Shown here piece by piece: positions 15,601 to 27,100 of a stretch of DNA of 64,000 nucleotides (positions are counted from its first letter, which is position 1; every line of letters starts with the position of its first letter). The notes beneath the pieces were generated by a model. The model saw only the letters and a list, made by a program, of their open reading frames with translations. It was not told where the DNA came from and searched no databases. This DNA comes from Pocillopora damicornis. Taxonomy: Eukaryota. Location: contig NW_020843606.1 of assembly GCF_003704095.1 (NCBI RefSeq), positions 124,001-188,000 of the forward strand, given 5' to 3'. Made by a program: the position numbers and the translations under genes.

Positions 15601-16262
15601 TGATTTAAGAATAGTTTGTATTTTTGTCCACATTACATGTACTTGCCACTTACTTCTCTTGTTCTTATCGAGATTTTCAGCTGGCAAATAAACGTTTCCT
15701 TTACAATTTATGTTGTGAAAAGAGTTCAGAGAGCGAGAAGTTTTCGATGGCATGTTATTTAATCACTGAAAAGTGAATTCCGTGACATGATTCACTATCA
15801 ATTTATTCTAGTCCTATCAACATGAACAAATATCCTTGAACAATCATCTTGTATTGTACTGCCGCAGTGTTGATCCTACTAACCACTACCAAAAAAAAAA
15901 AAAAAAAAAGCATACTTGTTTATGCCTTAGAAAAAATCGTACAAAATCTTCCGGGCAATGTTCCGGTTATGAATACCTTTTCAAGTCTGTATTCTGTTAG
16001 GGGACGCTAAATTCTGTTTGTGTTTGCATACTTTACATGCAGATCAGCAGGCTCTCGTAACAAAGCAATTTAATCACACCGAAGACATCGCAAGCGAAAA
16101 CCATGAGAGTATCTAAATAATTTCACACGAAGTGCTAACCACAGAAGTCATTTTAAACAACATAAACTTACCTTCGCTACTTATTGACCTGATCCATAGG
16201 AACAATAACAAGTTAAAAGACAATAACAATAATGATATCCTTGCTTTGTTTTTGAGTGCCAT
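221..16262 (-). CDS. Gene B: paralog of gene A, 3'-partial (runs off window start); SP-VWA-EGF-WSC-like-F5/8C x2-FN2-[EGF-cbEGF-VWA]x4-EGF-EGF...
   Basis: 25 phase-consistent exons (5,521 nt) from ATG at 16260-16262; exon order, sizes and sequences match gene A exons 1-20 plus 3 extra F5/8C exons. Confidence 0.88.
671..913. repeat. Intronic tandem duplication, ~140-bp period
   Basis: TGATAAAAACCTGACATGCTCA.ATGCAA...CTTCTGTAAGTTCCC at ~698 and ~838. Confidence 0.75.
942..1502 (-). CDS. Gene B exon: VWA (MIDAS DSSAS intact)
   Basis: 561 nt phase 1-1. Confidence 0.92.
1852..2449 (-). CDS. Gene B: EGF + cbEGF exons
   Basis: 2336-2449, 1852-1971 (DVDEC). Confidence 0.85.
2825..3391 (-). CDS. 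Gene B exon: VWA (MIDAS intact, GVGCCF)
   Basis: 567 nt; DGSGS...LTDG. Confidence 0.92.
3895..4561 (-). CDS. Gene B: EGF + cbEGF exons
   Basis: 4445-4561, 3895-4011 (IVNEC). Confidence 0.85.
5721..6257 (-). CDS. Gene B exon: degenerate VWA
   Basis: 537 nt; LDRGKN, no MIDAS. Confidence 0.88.
6620..6875. repeat. Degenerate MITE-like repeat with terminal hairpin
   Basis: imperfect inverted repeat TTATTCTCCTAAG...GTGGTGGA / TCCACTAC...CTTAGGTGAACAA. Confidence 0.4.
6905..7442 (-). CDS. Gene B: EGF + cbEGF exons
   Basis: 7335-7442, 6905-7027 (DVKEC). Confidence 0.85.
7528..8091 (-). CDS. Gene B exon: VWA (MIDAS DGSAS intact)
   Basis: 564 nt phase 1-1. Confidence 0.92.
8309..8689 (-). CDS. Gene B: EGF + cbEGF exons
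   Basis: 8570-8689, 8309-8422 (DVDEC). Confidence 0.85.
9243..9398 (-). CDS. Gene B exon: fibronectin type II domain
   Basis: CVFPFIY...[18 protein letters not shown]. Confidence 0.92.
9821..10791 (-). CDS. Gene B: F5/8C-like domain 2 (3 exons)
   Basis: 10639-10791 (AWCP...FQMDLG), 10219-10355 (ISKVIVQG), 9821-10013 (VSVQP...CVRTEMTGC). Confidence 0.78.
11228..12229 (-). CDS. Gene B: F5/8C-like domain 1 (3 exons)
   Basis: 12068-12229 (SWCP...KVDLG), 11592-11728 (YLNKVTLQG), 11228-11381 (AQYLSFSP...LCLRVDVF). Confidence 0.78.
12664..12942 (-). CDS. Gene B exon: WSC-like domain
   Basis: 279 nt; LGCFKN...[15 protein letters not shown]; shorter C-terminus than in A. Confidence 0.8.
13271..13384 (-). 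CDS. Gene B exon: EGF
   Basis: 114 nt; [12 protein letters not shown]...[13 protein letters not shown]. Confidence 0.85.
   Translation of the reverse strand: MSTNVSALHVVTMGIVLALLVVTNALVHQNFKETPVR
13759..14295 (-). CDS. Gene B exon: degenerate VWA; GC donor
   Basis: 537 nt, ends ICE-G|GCAAGT. Confidence 0.85.
15271..15424 (-). mobile_element. Penelope-like retroelement RT fragment in gene B intron 1
   Basis: translates LEKRLL...[11 protein letters not shown]...[17 protein letters not shown], matching the PLE RT motif (R-Y/F-x-D-D-I-F...HP-x-I-K-F-T-x-E). Confidence 0.75.
16172..16262 (-). CDS. Gene B exon 1, signal peptide [30 protein letters not shown]
   Basis: AAAATGG start context, basic n-region, Leu core, GTAAGT phase-1 donor. 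Confidence 0.82.
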
Positions 16263-18116
16263 TTTTCTCAGGTTGGGTTAAGAGCGGCGCAAAGATTTCA
16301 CTTTGCTCTCTGGCTTGTAAGTTCTATCGCAAGTGTAAAAAAACTCACAACTATCCATAAATCTGCATATTCACGTATTTTTTATCACTCAATATATCAA
16401 TCCAAGTGTCGTCATGAAACAAACAAAAGCAAACGGAAACTGCAGGCTACAAAGACATCGATATTAGACCAGAAGGTAATGACAAATCTCGCACTTAAGA
16501 TGAATATTCTTGGGCTATGTAACTCCGTGGAAATCCTAAACTTTTATCAATTATAATTCTGATAAATTCTGAGCGATAATTACGGGAAGATCATAAAATG
16601 GTTGCCTGTGACTCACAACAAATAATTGTTTTTCCGGTTGACTGAAAGATATATTTATGATCTGTGGGTCGTTTACGGTCCGTTTGGAAAGAACAGGGGT
16701 GAAACTGCGATATGTTTTGTACTTTTTCAAGTTTGTTATTTGTAATCTTAGTAAATTTCCTCCGTCCTTAAGCTTCCTCGTTCCCTTCTGACTCACTCTT
16801 TTGTCTTTGACATTTGTCCGTCCTCGCAATTTACTATTTTAAGTTGTTCATACAACAATAACTGTCGTGACGTAGATTGGGAGAGGTTCAATGTCCTCGC
16901 TCACCAGGTCACAAGAACAGGAAAATAACCAATTCCACGAAACAAAGCAATGAAACAAAAATGGCTTCTTCAAAAACTTCCATTAATTATCAAAAATTTA
17001 ACTTAAAATGTTCTTGAACTACTACAGGTTGCGCCTTTTTATTGCTCTGTTACGTTATTTACTCCGGGCGTTGATGATTAATCCGGACTCTTATTCCCAT
17101 GCTACGCGCGGGAGAGACAAGAGAGAGATCCTTGGGACCAGGCTGTGTACTTATTGAACAGGTCCGTAGATCAAGAGATTGACATGCACGGCATGTAATG
17201 TGTCATATAATGTTGATAACATTGGATTATGAGGCGAAGGCCGAGAGTCTCTCGAGGAATTGTTTAATGATTAAACATTGACACAAGAATTTTCGTGATG
17301 TTAGTTTATTCATGATTTTTTCTTAATTTACATATATGATATAAAATTTGTTTAAAATAGAATAGGTTTAGTAATTGTATACTACCTTAAAACCAGTTTT
17401 CCAGGGTCTCGCTGTTGCGCTGTTTTCACCCAACTAACGATAACAAAATTGATTTTTACGGTCTAGAACAAACGAGACGAGATCTTAATAATCGGAGCCA
17501 AGTCGTAACAATCACAACCAAATTAGCTTAAATTTATACTTATTCAATCATACGTCTACAATGCTATCGAACAAGGACTTTGTATAACGTATCTATGATT
17601 TTAAATCAATCAAATCTTACAGAAAGATCGTTTGGTTTGATACTCTAAATTAGGCACCGCAAATAGGTATTACCCCTCTTTACGGTGGCCAATTTACCTC
17701 ATCGATTCTGTTCATAAAACCAAACTATCTTGTAATTTCCTCACTGAAGCAGCATCACAGTTTATCTACAAACATCAGTTTTCGTTACACATCTGTAAAT
17801 AATTCTGCTAGCTGTCCAAAAACAAAGACTCTCATATCAGTCTAACGTTCTGGGGCACGCCTTGCAAAAGACTCCCTTACGTGGACGATGCTATTTGGGG
17901 AAACCTCCAAAAAGAAAAAACTCCGCTTTTTAAACCACACAACAATCGTATTTCATGCCTCGGTTACAAACAGGTTTTCTGTACCAATCGAGTTATCAAT
18001 AACGTGAGCCTCAACTGTTTATAGGAATCTTAAACTATGCAACAAGAACTGCATGACAAATGCTGGGGTAGTGCAGTTTAAGACAGTCTATGGTACGATA
18101 AATAACTTGTGGAAAT

Positions 18117-18194
18117 TTAAAGGAATGGAAAAACTTGACTCTTCTTCCTCTGGATTTCTTCCAACGTTGTCGTTCGGCGATCAAAGCTAAAAAT
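18117..18194 (-). CDS. Gene A last coding exon [25 protein letters not shown]
   Basis: CAG acceptor with upstream CTAAC branch-like motif, phase 0, TAA stop. Confidence 0.6.
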   Translation of the reverse strand: MFSFDRRTTTLEEIQRKKSQVFPFL

Positions 18195-21100
18195 CTGATT
18201 CAGAAAAACATGAGTTAGAAAACGGTTTTTTTTTCAAGGAGGCAGCAATGTGGAATGTATGATCTTTATGTCGCTTTTTTTGCCTCAAAAAGATGCATAT
18301 CGCTATATGCAGCAAAAGTTTACTTGTTACCTTGTTTTCGTAAGAGAAAATTCCATCTTCGGCCGTCTGTTGCGGAGAAAATGTAAGTGTCCTCTTCTTC
18401 TGATCCTCTGATGGCTCCTCAGGGAAGAAAATATTGTCGTAAAAATCCTCATAACCTTCGTTATCGCTGCCATTGTCTTCGTTATCGTCGTAGTCATCAT
18501 CTTCTTCCTCTGACAACTCCCGATATCGCGGTAACTCAAAAATCCCTTGTTTTCTTCGTTTCTCTTCGAGTTTGCTCTCTGGGTAAACACTTTCATAAAA
18601 CGCGTTTTCACTGTGAACCTCCCCCGGTACCACTTCCTTTCCGTTCACCTCCACACTCAGCGTTTGTACTTCAAAAGCTGAAGGTAGATTCTCGTAAATA
18701 TGTTCGTATTCTTCGTCATCTAGACTCTGATAATGCCGCTCAATTCCTTCCTCTTCTTCCTCGTCTCTAACGTAAGACTCGTACGCTTCGTTCCAGATTC
18801 CAATGCTATTCAAGGCTTTGTCAGGGCCCATCTCGATTGCCACAGTCTGCACCTCATACATGGGCAGATCAGAGGGGATTGTTTGGTAGATTCCTTCTTC
18901 TTCTTCCATTGTTGAATAACCTTTCATTTGTCGTGAAGATCTCTTCCTGTAGAAAAAGAAAATTAAAAAATGAACAATCCATAGAAATGATAGCCAATTT
19001 CTTAAAAACACTCCGCGAGGAGCTACTTGGCATGAGCTTACACGAATACAAAAAACCGCATAAAACTAAAATGATAGACCAACAAGGATCTAGTCCTCGA
19101 AACATCATCTTTTCAAAATTCGGTGCCGAGGTCTACATACCTTTACTTATCTCTAACTGACATCAACCTTGTTGCGTCACTTTCCGGACGCAACACTAAA
19201 ACAACGACTCAGTGCATGACCCTTTTTTCGTGTAATATGATATACTCGAAAACGTCACGAACTTATATTTATTTTACCTATCAGCAAAATTTGCCGTCGC
19301 AAAATGAGACGCAAATCGTTTTCACTTACCGAAGATAACGTATAAGGAATAACAATGAGCCGCCCAAAAGGAGTGCACCAAAAACTGCTGGAATTACTAA
19401 AAATACAAGACAAAATAATTAATTAGAAAACGGAGAAAATAGATAAATGAAAATTGATTTCGAAGATTTAAGAAGATTTTGTGCTACTGTGCTTTTCTAC
19501 TGCGCTGGAAAGTTTGAGCCATCCTCTGAACCAATCAGATTCAGGACTAAAACCATTTGAGACTTGCATTGATCATCCTCGTTTTCACGCGCGTCAAAGA
19601 AATTAGCTTACTGAACTTTGAGTTCCCATTATTCCTAACGTTACTTGACCTTTATTCTGATTGGACGTTAAAATTAATTTGGTTTGGTTTCACGAAACTC
19701 GACACGAAACTCTCTCTAATTAACATTATTTCCGAATTCGTTGTTGCAAATAATTAAAAAAACATGTATATTTGCGCAAGAATTCATGACTTGAAAAAAG
19801 AGGAACAACTCAAAGCTTTACTTCGGAGACCAAAAACCATAACCTACCAGCTATGATTCGATCAAACCCTGCGCTTTCCTCTGGCGTTTCGTTATTCACT
19901 CTCCGAAGCAGTATACCCGAAGAGGGGAAGTCCTCTGCAATGAGAAGACATTAATACCACCTGACTAATAAGTCTCCTTCAGGGCAATTAAACATTTCAT
20001 GAAAAATGTCTTAAAAGAATTTGATAATATATCATTATAGCACGCTCGCGCTGAAAAGAAATTAATCCATTCTCATTATCTGTTTACCGCATTAGTTACC
20101 AGGTTCAACTCGGCAGCTAAGTTATTCACAATTAATACCCCAATACCTGCATGGAGAATTTCATTTTCTACTGAGGGAAAGTAAGGACTTCTCATACGTT
20201 TTTACATAGTGTAATTACCTGAGTCGCAGCCATATAAAGCGATGCGCACACAAGCAGACGAACCAGTGAAACTGACAGGATGAATTCGGATGTAATGAGC
20301 TCTCGTTCCTTCAAGACTTAGATTTTTACCTTGAATGTCATCATTTGCGTGAAACTATAATGATAGACAAGAGGAACGCGTTAGGTGTCTTCATTATGCA
20401 TTAGAGACCACTTTCATAAATACATGTGTATCAGTTATTTCAACGTCCTAAATAACGACTTGCCGTTTTAAATTATCCTGTGTGAGTGCAAATTCTGCTC
20501 TCTGTTTGACTCATGTACATACTTTGTGTTTAAGAATTCTATAAATTGGTCTGCTCGATTCCTGGACTGTCTGTTGGTGGATTGGTTTGTGGTGTTCATT
20601 TGCACACCTGAACTCACTGAACTGACCCATCTTACGGGAAATTTGATGAAAGTTCTCACTCTTAGGCGAAAATTAGCAACGAAATCTCCGCTCTTGCGAA
20701 CCATTGCCGAGTAGATCTCTAACAGAAATTTAACTTACAATTCTAGTTACTCCTTGTTCAGTGTAGTTGACGAACGATCCAGGTTGAGAATCGTTACTCA
20801 TAGACACATAATAACTTTCGACCCAAGAGTTCGTTGAATCATCGGTGACACCTTCGGTCTCAATTACGGATACGTTTGTTAGGTACCCTTAAACACAGAG
20901 AAACGGTGACAACAGTTATTCATTTGCTAAAATGACAAAGCAGAAACTACTGATGTGAAAGTAAATAGATGGTACTCGTGAGTAAAAAAACAAATAATTT
21001 AGAAGATAATAAATAACAAACAGAAGTATACCAACACGAATATACCAATGAATAAACACTTGATTCTTTGTAAAAAATAAAGGTAAGAGCGAGAAAACTG

Positions 21101-24100
21101 GCATAGGAAGTACCACTTAATTAGCACCATTGCAATAAAACAGACAGAGAAGCACATACAAAGAAAAAAAAAAAACAAACACTTTAAGTAACCCAGAAAT
21201 CGAAGACTCGTTTTCACAATGGCTGAGAAGGGAGGAGAGGAAATAAAGTGACAAGTCTAGCAACTTAATTTCCCTTACCAAAGAACACCTGTAAATAAGG
21301 TGCTGTGTCTACAACGGATGCGCACCAACCATCTTTCCATGTACCCATAGTTTCGACACCAATCCTCCCTCGGTATGCTGCTCGTCCTTCTTCTTTTTGG
21401 GAAGACGCTGTGATGTCATCATCTGGTATTCTTCGTTCATTTGGAACTTTTAGACCCAGCTCCCTGAATCCGCAACCTAAAGTAAAAAATGCGATTACAG
21501 CGTTTAAACTGGAGAAAGAAATCAGTCAATCAAGACTTGTCCAGAATATAATTCGTGTAAGGGTTCAGAAAAAACTAAACTCTCCGTACAGTGTCTAGTC
21601 CTTTACGAGCGAATTAAACATTTACGGAAAATGAAAATGACCAAAAAAACAAAATAGTGGAAACAGAGTTTTTTTTGCAGCTAAAGCAAATATTTCAATT
21701 CTAGCGAGAACAGAATGTCAATGATTGATTTCGTCCTATTAGATTAAGAGTCTCGTTCGCTAAGACCACCACGTTTCCGAGAGATCTTTGAAGGGATACA
21801 CCTTCTTATTCAATTTCACGTCTACTTTCGGGGTAACAAGTGGTTAATTCCACATACCAAACTGACATTCCTGTCCATAGTATCCACGTGAGCATTCACA
21901 GCGGTAACTTCTCCCTGTGTTAATGCAAGTTCCCTCATTGATACACGGTGAAGAGTTACAAGTGCCATGATCTTCAACTAATAAACCCAAGAAAAAATGA
22001 TTCATTTCATTTCATCTACCAAAGCAACAGTTACAAACAAATTTACAAAATTTCGTTAAGAACCACTTCCTAAATAAATTTTGACCCGGTATTGAACATG
22101 GAAACAGTTTTTTTTTCCACTCCACAAAAGGCCCCTCGTGTCCAGAAAACAAACAACTTTTAGGCAGGAAGTCCTTGGAGGTAGTTACTCGATGAAGTGG
22201 TCTTGTCAATGAGTAAATCTCTAGCTAAAATGAATTAGAAAGGAGACTTAGCTAGAAAACTTGTAGAGGATTTAGGTGAAATTATACCTCAAAAAGTTTA
22301 TGTTAATAGACATAAATTCCAATTTATCTTAGCCAATGTCAGTGATGAAATTCCTAATACATGTAGAACTTGCCAGTCAGTCAGTTAGTATATATGCCAC
22401 ATAAGATTGTTGTGATCTCTATAATAACTATACATTTAAGTCCCAGTCAGCCCTGTTAAGATACTTACGTGAACAGATTTTTCTTTTCAGCTCCGTTTTC
22501 AAATTTTCCAAACCAACAAACGTCGTTCTATAAACTAACCGTCCATCATCGCCGCTGATTTCTCGAAGTTCATCTTCATCATAGTCATCACCGACCCCGA
22601 CAGCAAATATTGTCACGTTTTTGTCACGCAATTCCTTTGCTGGAGTTCTAATCAGATCATAAGAAGACCCACTAGTTATTAACACCAGGTAATTTGAAAC
22701 GTCTCTCCGAAGTTTAGGCTCTGAGAACATCTTATGTCGCATGTAGTTCAATGCTTTCCCAATGTGTCTTCCCTGATTCGGGTAACGGACGCCATTCACT
22801 GCTCTTCCAGCTTCCGATGAGTTATGGTACTCTCCAAAATTGAACACTTGGTAAACATCAGTAGAGAAGACTGCTAAGCCAACGTGAGCTCTTTCCTCGG
22901 ACACATCAAGATAATCGATGAAACCTTTTACAAATTCAAGTGTCTTATTAAAGTTTCCACTACCAGAGAGTTCCACGCTGGCGGATCCATCAATCAGAAA
23001 ACCGACGTTAACAAATTGGCCTTCACACCCTACAAAAATTTGAACATCTTACATTTGAGTTACAGTGTTAAGACAAAATATCATGTATTAAACTCAACGA
23101 CATAGCGAGATACATGATTTTATGGCAGGAATTAGTTCGTACATCTTTATTAGAACGTACATGGGTGATTCGAATGTCTTCCAAAACTAAGTCAGTCAGT
23201 CAGTCAGTCAGTCAGTAAGAGAGATAGGCATATTTGCAGAGAACTCCAGACGGACAAGCAGAAAACGATGGATTTACTACTTAGCAACTTCCTACTTAGC
23301 ACCTACTAAAACTGCACTCAATACTTACGAGTCTGACAATGTTCCCCAGTAAATTTGACTGGACATTTACAGTAATAGCTTCCTGGGGTGTTCATACATT
23401 GTCCGCCATTGAAACAAGGATTCTTTGTGCATTCATCCAAGTCTGGAAAAAAAACTTTCATATTTATCGCATGACCGGTATTGGTACGGGCTTACATTGC
23501 AAATCATTGGTTGTAAAACAATTCCCTTATGCTGGCCGTACGCGACCGGCACGGGTGGGGTCGGGAGGAGCCATACTATCCCGCGAGATACGAGGTTCAA
23601 AAATGAAGGAGGGAAAGAAGAGCAGTGGTTATTTGGTACAATTTTTATCAACTGAGTTAGCTCGAACCAGACAGGAAAATATTTATTTCACTTTAAGTAG
23701 GCTTCTCCACTTACCCTTCTCACAGTTAGTGCCATTCCATCCAAGAACACATTGGCAATGAGGAGTGCCGTCATCTCCGATTGTACAGTTTCCATTATTA
23801 TAGCAAGGAAGTTGAGAAAGAATACAAGGTGATCCAGCTAAATATCACAAATAGACAACATTAATTCTCAACAATGAATTTTTTTACTATCTGCAAGAAA
23901 ATCTATCAATTGAAACTTAAAAAAAAAACAACGACAACAACAACATAAAGAACGAAACCGAAAAAAAAAAAACAACAACAGCACGCAAACTGTTTTTCAT
24001 AGCACATCGTTGCTTGGTTAGGGTCAAAAATTGCCACTTACCAACTTCACACTGTTTCCCAGCCCAGCCAGACTTGCAAATACAAGTGTAGTTTCCTGAA

Positions 24101-27100
24101 GGATGATTGACACAACTTCCACCATTGAAACAAGGATTGATTGAACAAGGATCCACATCTGCCAATAAAACAATGCTGAGATTAAGGAGGAGATAATCAG
24201 CTGGCATCATCGATCAATTCTATTTTAAGTAACCTGGTAATGATAACTATGTGCAAAAAAAATATTTCTGACCCCTTTTTCTCTTTTCATCTTCGGTTGC
24301 TTCAAGAAGACCACAACTGGTAGGGAATTAATTCTCTACCCTTTACCGTATCTATTTATAAGATCTCTGTATGAAACAGATTTCTTTACCTTTAACAATC
24401 GCATCTTTCAGGGAAGCCATTACGGGACCAAGTCCCTCATAATCATTCGTAGTAAACACATGTTCTGAGTTGGGTTCTGAAGCCATCTCGTTCAACTGAC
24501 CACTTTTGTACCGACCAATACCAACACTAAATATTGTAACGTTGTTTTCTTTTAGAGTGAATGAAGGGACAGCAATGTCATCGGCTGAACTTCCGTCTAC
24601 TATGACAACAACGATGTCTCGAGATTTTCTGCCAGTAACTCCATTTGACTGATTAAATAACTCCCTGCTCGTTAGTTCCAAAGCTTTTCCAATATATCTT
24701 CCTTTACCAGTTGTGTTCAAATTGTCCAATTCAGCTTCAAGCTCTGAATGCGTGGTGTTGTCCAATCGGTTCTTCAAGTATGGGGTGTCAGAGTACCCAA
24801 TAATCCCTATGCGTGATTCGTCCCCATCATCCTTAAGGGTTTTTACGATGCCTTTGACGAACCCCACTAGCTTTTTAAAGTTCCCCTTCTGATAGCTGTC
24901 GACGTCACCTCCAGTGTACACAAGGAATCCGATATTGAAAGTACCTGAATATTCTATGACGAAAAGAAAAAGATATAGTGGATATAATCGGTGCGAGGTT
25001 GGATGACATGGTTGACTCATAACAGGTTTGAAAAGTGATTAAAACATACAGGAACAAGATTGACTAGCATAGTTAAAGCTATCAGTACCTCGGTTGCAAG
25101 AGTTTTCTTTGTCGAAAAATCCTGGTCTGCAGTTACAAAATGAAGTTCCTGGGAAATTGATGCATATTTTTCTATCTCCACAGCCCATATCTGCGCACTC
25201 GTTAATATCTGGGTAATAATTCAGACATAAATCACATTTAGGGTTACAACACAGTGGAATTTCATCATTGTGTTTTTTAGTAGATCGTTCTGTACTACAC
25301 CAATCACAATAGAAAAACGAAGTTGGCGTACAGAGAAATACAAGTATTAAAGAGGAAGGAATAAATCAAAAGAAAACGAAGATGCTTGGTGTATGAGAAG
25401 ATTCAAGCGCATTACACATAAAAGAATTTGAATAAATTGATGCTATGCACAAATATAGACCCTTTAAAGGAAGTGTAAAGAACCGATAGACAAGATTTGC
25501 ACATTTTGCACTTGTGCACCTACCCATTTCACACTTGTGCACCTACCCATTTCACAATTGACTCCCGTATAACCAGATGGACAAGCGCACTCGTAACTGT
25601 CCATTAGACTTTCACATGTTCCACCGTTGTTGCAGGGATTGCTGTAGCAGTGATCCACAGCTTCACCGGAAGAAAAAAAAAATTTTTTTTTGAGGGGACA
25701 AGAGAATGGATAAAAAAGGCCAGTTAAAAAAAAAAGCATCAATATTTATGCGATGACGCTCCCTATGTTGTGGAAAAGCAGCAGATCTTACCGTTACAAA
25801 GCGTCTCCTTTATCCTGTCAGCTGTAGATGGAAGCTGATCATAGGACGGAGCCTCAAACACATTGGACGGTGTAGATGCTATCAGTTGAAGCTCTTCTGC
25901 TGCGTAGAATTCGCCGACACCCACAGCCAGAGTCACAACCTTCATTGCTCTGAGATGAGCTGATGGCAAAGAAACGTCATCATTGGACACTCCATCTGTG
26001 AGAGTCACAAGGCAGTTGTGTCTTCCAGATTGGGCCTGCGCAAAGAGATCATTCTGAACAGCCATGAGGGCTGAGCCCGTGTAAGTACCATTTGCTGGAT
26101 AGTCCATGGAGTCGATCATTTGGTTGATGTCTGGTTTAGCGTAATGCGTTTGGAAGGTAAACTTAGTTATGGTGATTGACGAATAGACCACTAAACCGAC
26201 ATTAGTGTCTTCTTTATCAACCTTGTAGAAGTCGATCACAGATTTCACCAACTGTTTGTATTGAAAAGCAGCGGATGAGTTGAGAGTTTTCATGCTGGCT
26301 GAGCCGTCAACTAAGAAAGCCAAGTTGAATTTCTGGTGTTTGCAAACTGCAATGAGAAAATATGAAGAACACTTCCTATCATTTCTTCACTTATCAATTT
26401 ATCAGACGCGCACTCGTGGAACGTTGTGTGGCATCGCAAATATCGGCTGAGAAGGAGACTAAAACTTACCTGACTGACAGTTGGTTCCCAAATATCCTGA
26501 TGGACATGCGCATTGATAACTCCCCGGCAGGTTGTTACAGTGACCATTGTTCTGGCAAGGATCCGAGTCACACTCGTTTATATCTGACAAATAAAATAAG
26601 CATAAAGAAGTCATTTCCATTTCAGTATCACGCCCTCCAGAAAGATAGACATGCCTGTGTGTAAAATCTTGCATCTTAAAATTATTAAGTCCTCCCTTTC
26701 CCCTTTTCTGCCTGAATGTTTGATTCTTTCAATGTACCACATACCGTCTTCACAGTTGTCTGATGTAAAACCAGCCACACAGTTACAGGTGTACGAGTAT
26801 CCAGATCGAATGCAATGTCCTCCGTTCTGGCAAGGATTCGGAAAACATGGGGATATTTCTGGGAAAAAGTAAAAAGAAAAAAAAAATATTCTCAAAATAC
26901 AAATATTTAAATGTTCAAGTGACACGTGCAGTCTCTTCTAAGAACTTGTTCAAGTAGAAGTAGAAATTATTGAAGGCTTGCCAGTAAGACACTTTTAATG
27001 CAATCACATAAGTCATTATATAATGGGTCATAATGTGTCAGATTTGAAAGCTCACCTTGGTCACATCTGCTTCCTGAGTATCCCTGTGGACAATTGCATC

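Noticed and set aside
18187-19011. 274-aa ORF with a hydrophobic N-terminus that looks like a stand-alone secreted acidic protein
   Set aside because: The hydrophobic start is a translated intron/polypyrimidine tract; the real exon starts at the AG at 18947-18948 and joins the TM exon in phase 2
19140-19196. Small AG/GT-bounded segment between the TM and tail exons with a 9-bp inverted repeat (TGTTGCGTC/GACGCAACA)
   Set aside because: Stops in all three frames and not needed for phase; an alternative tail-less isoform cannot be supported without transcripts
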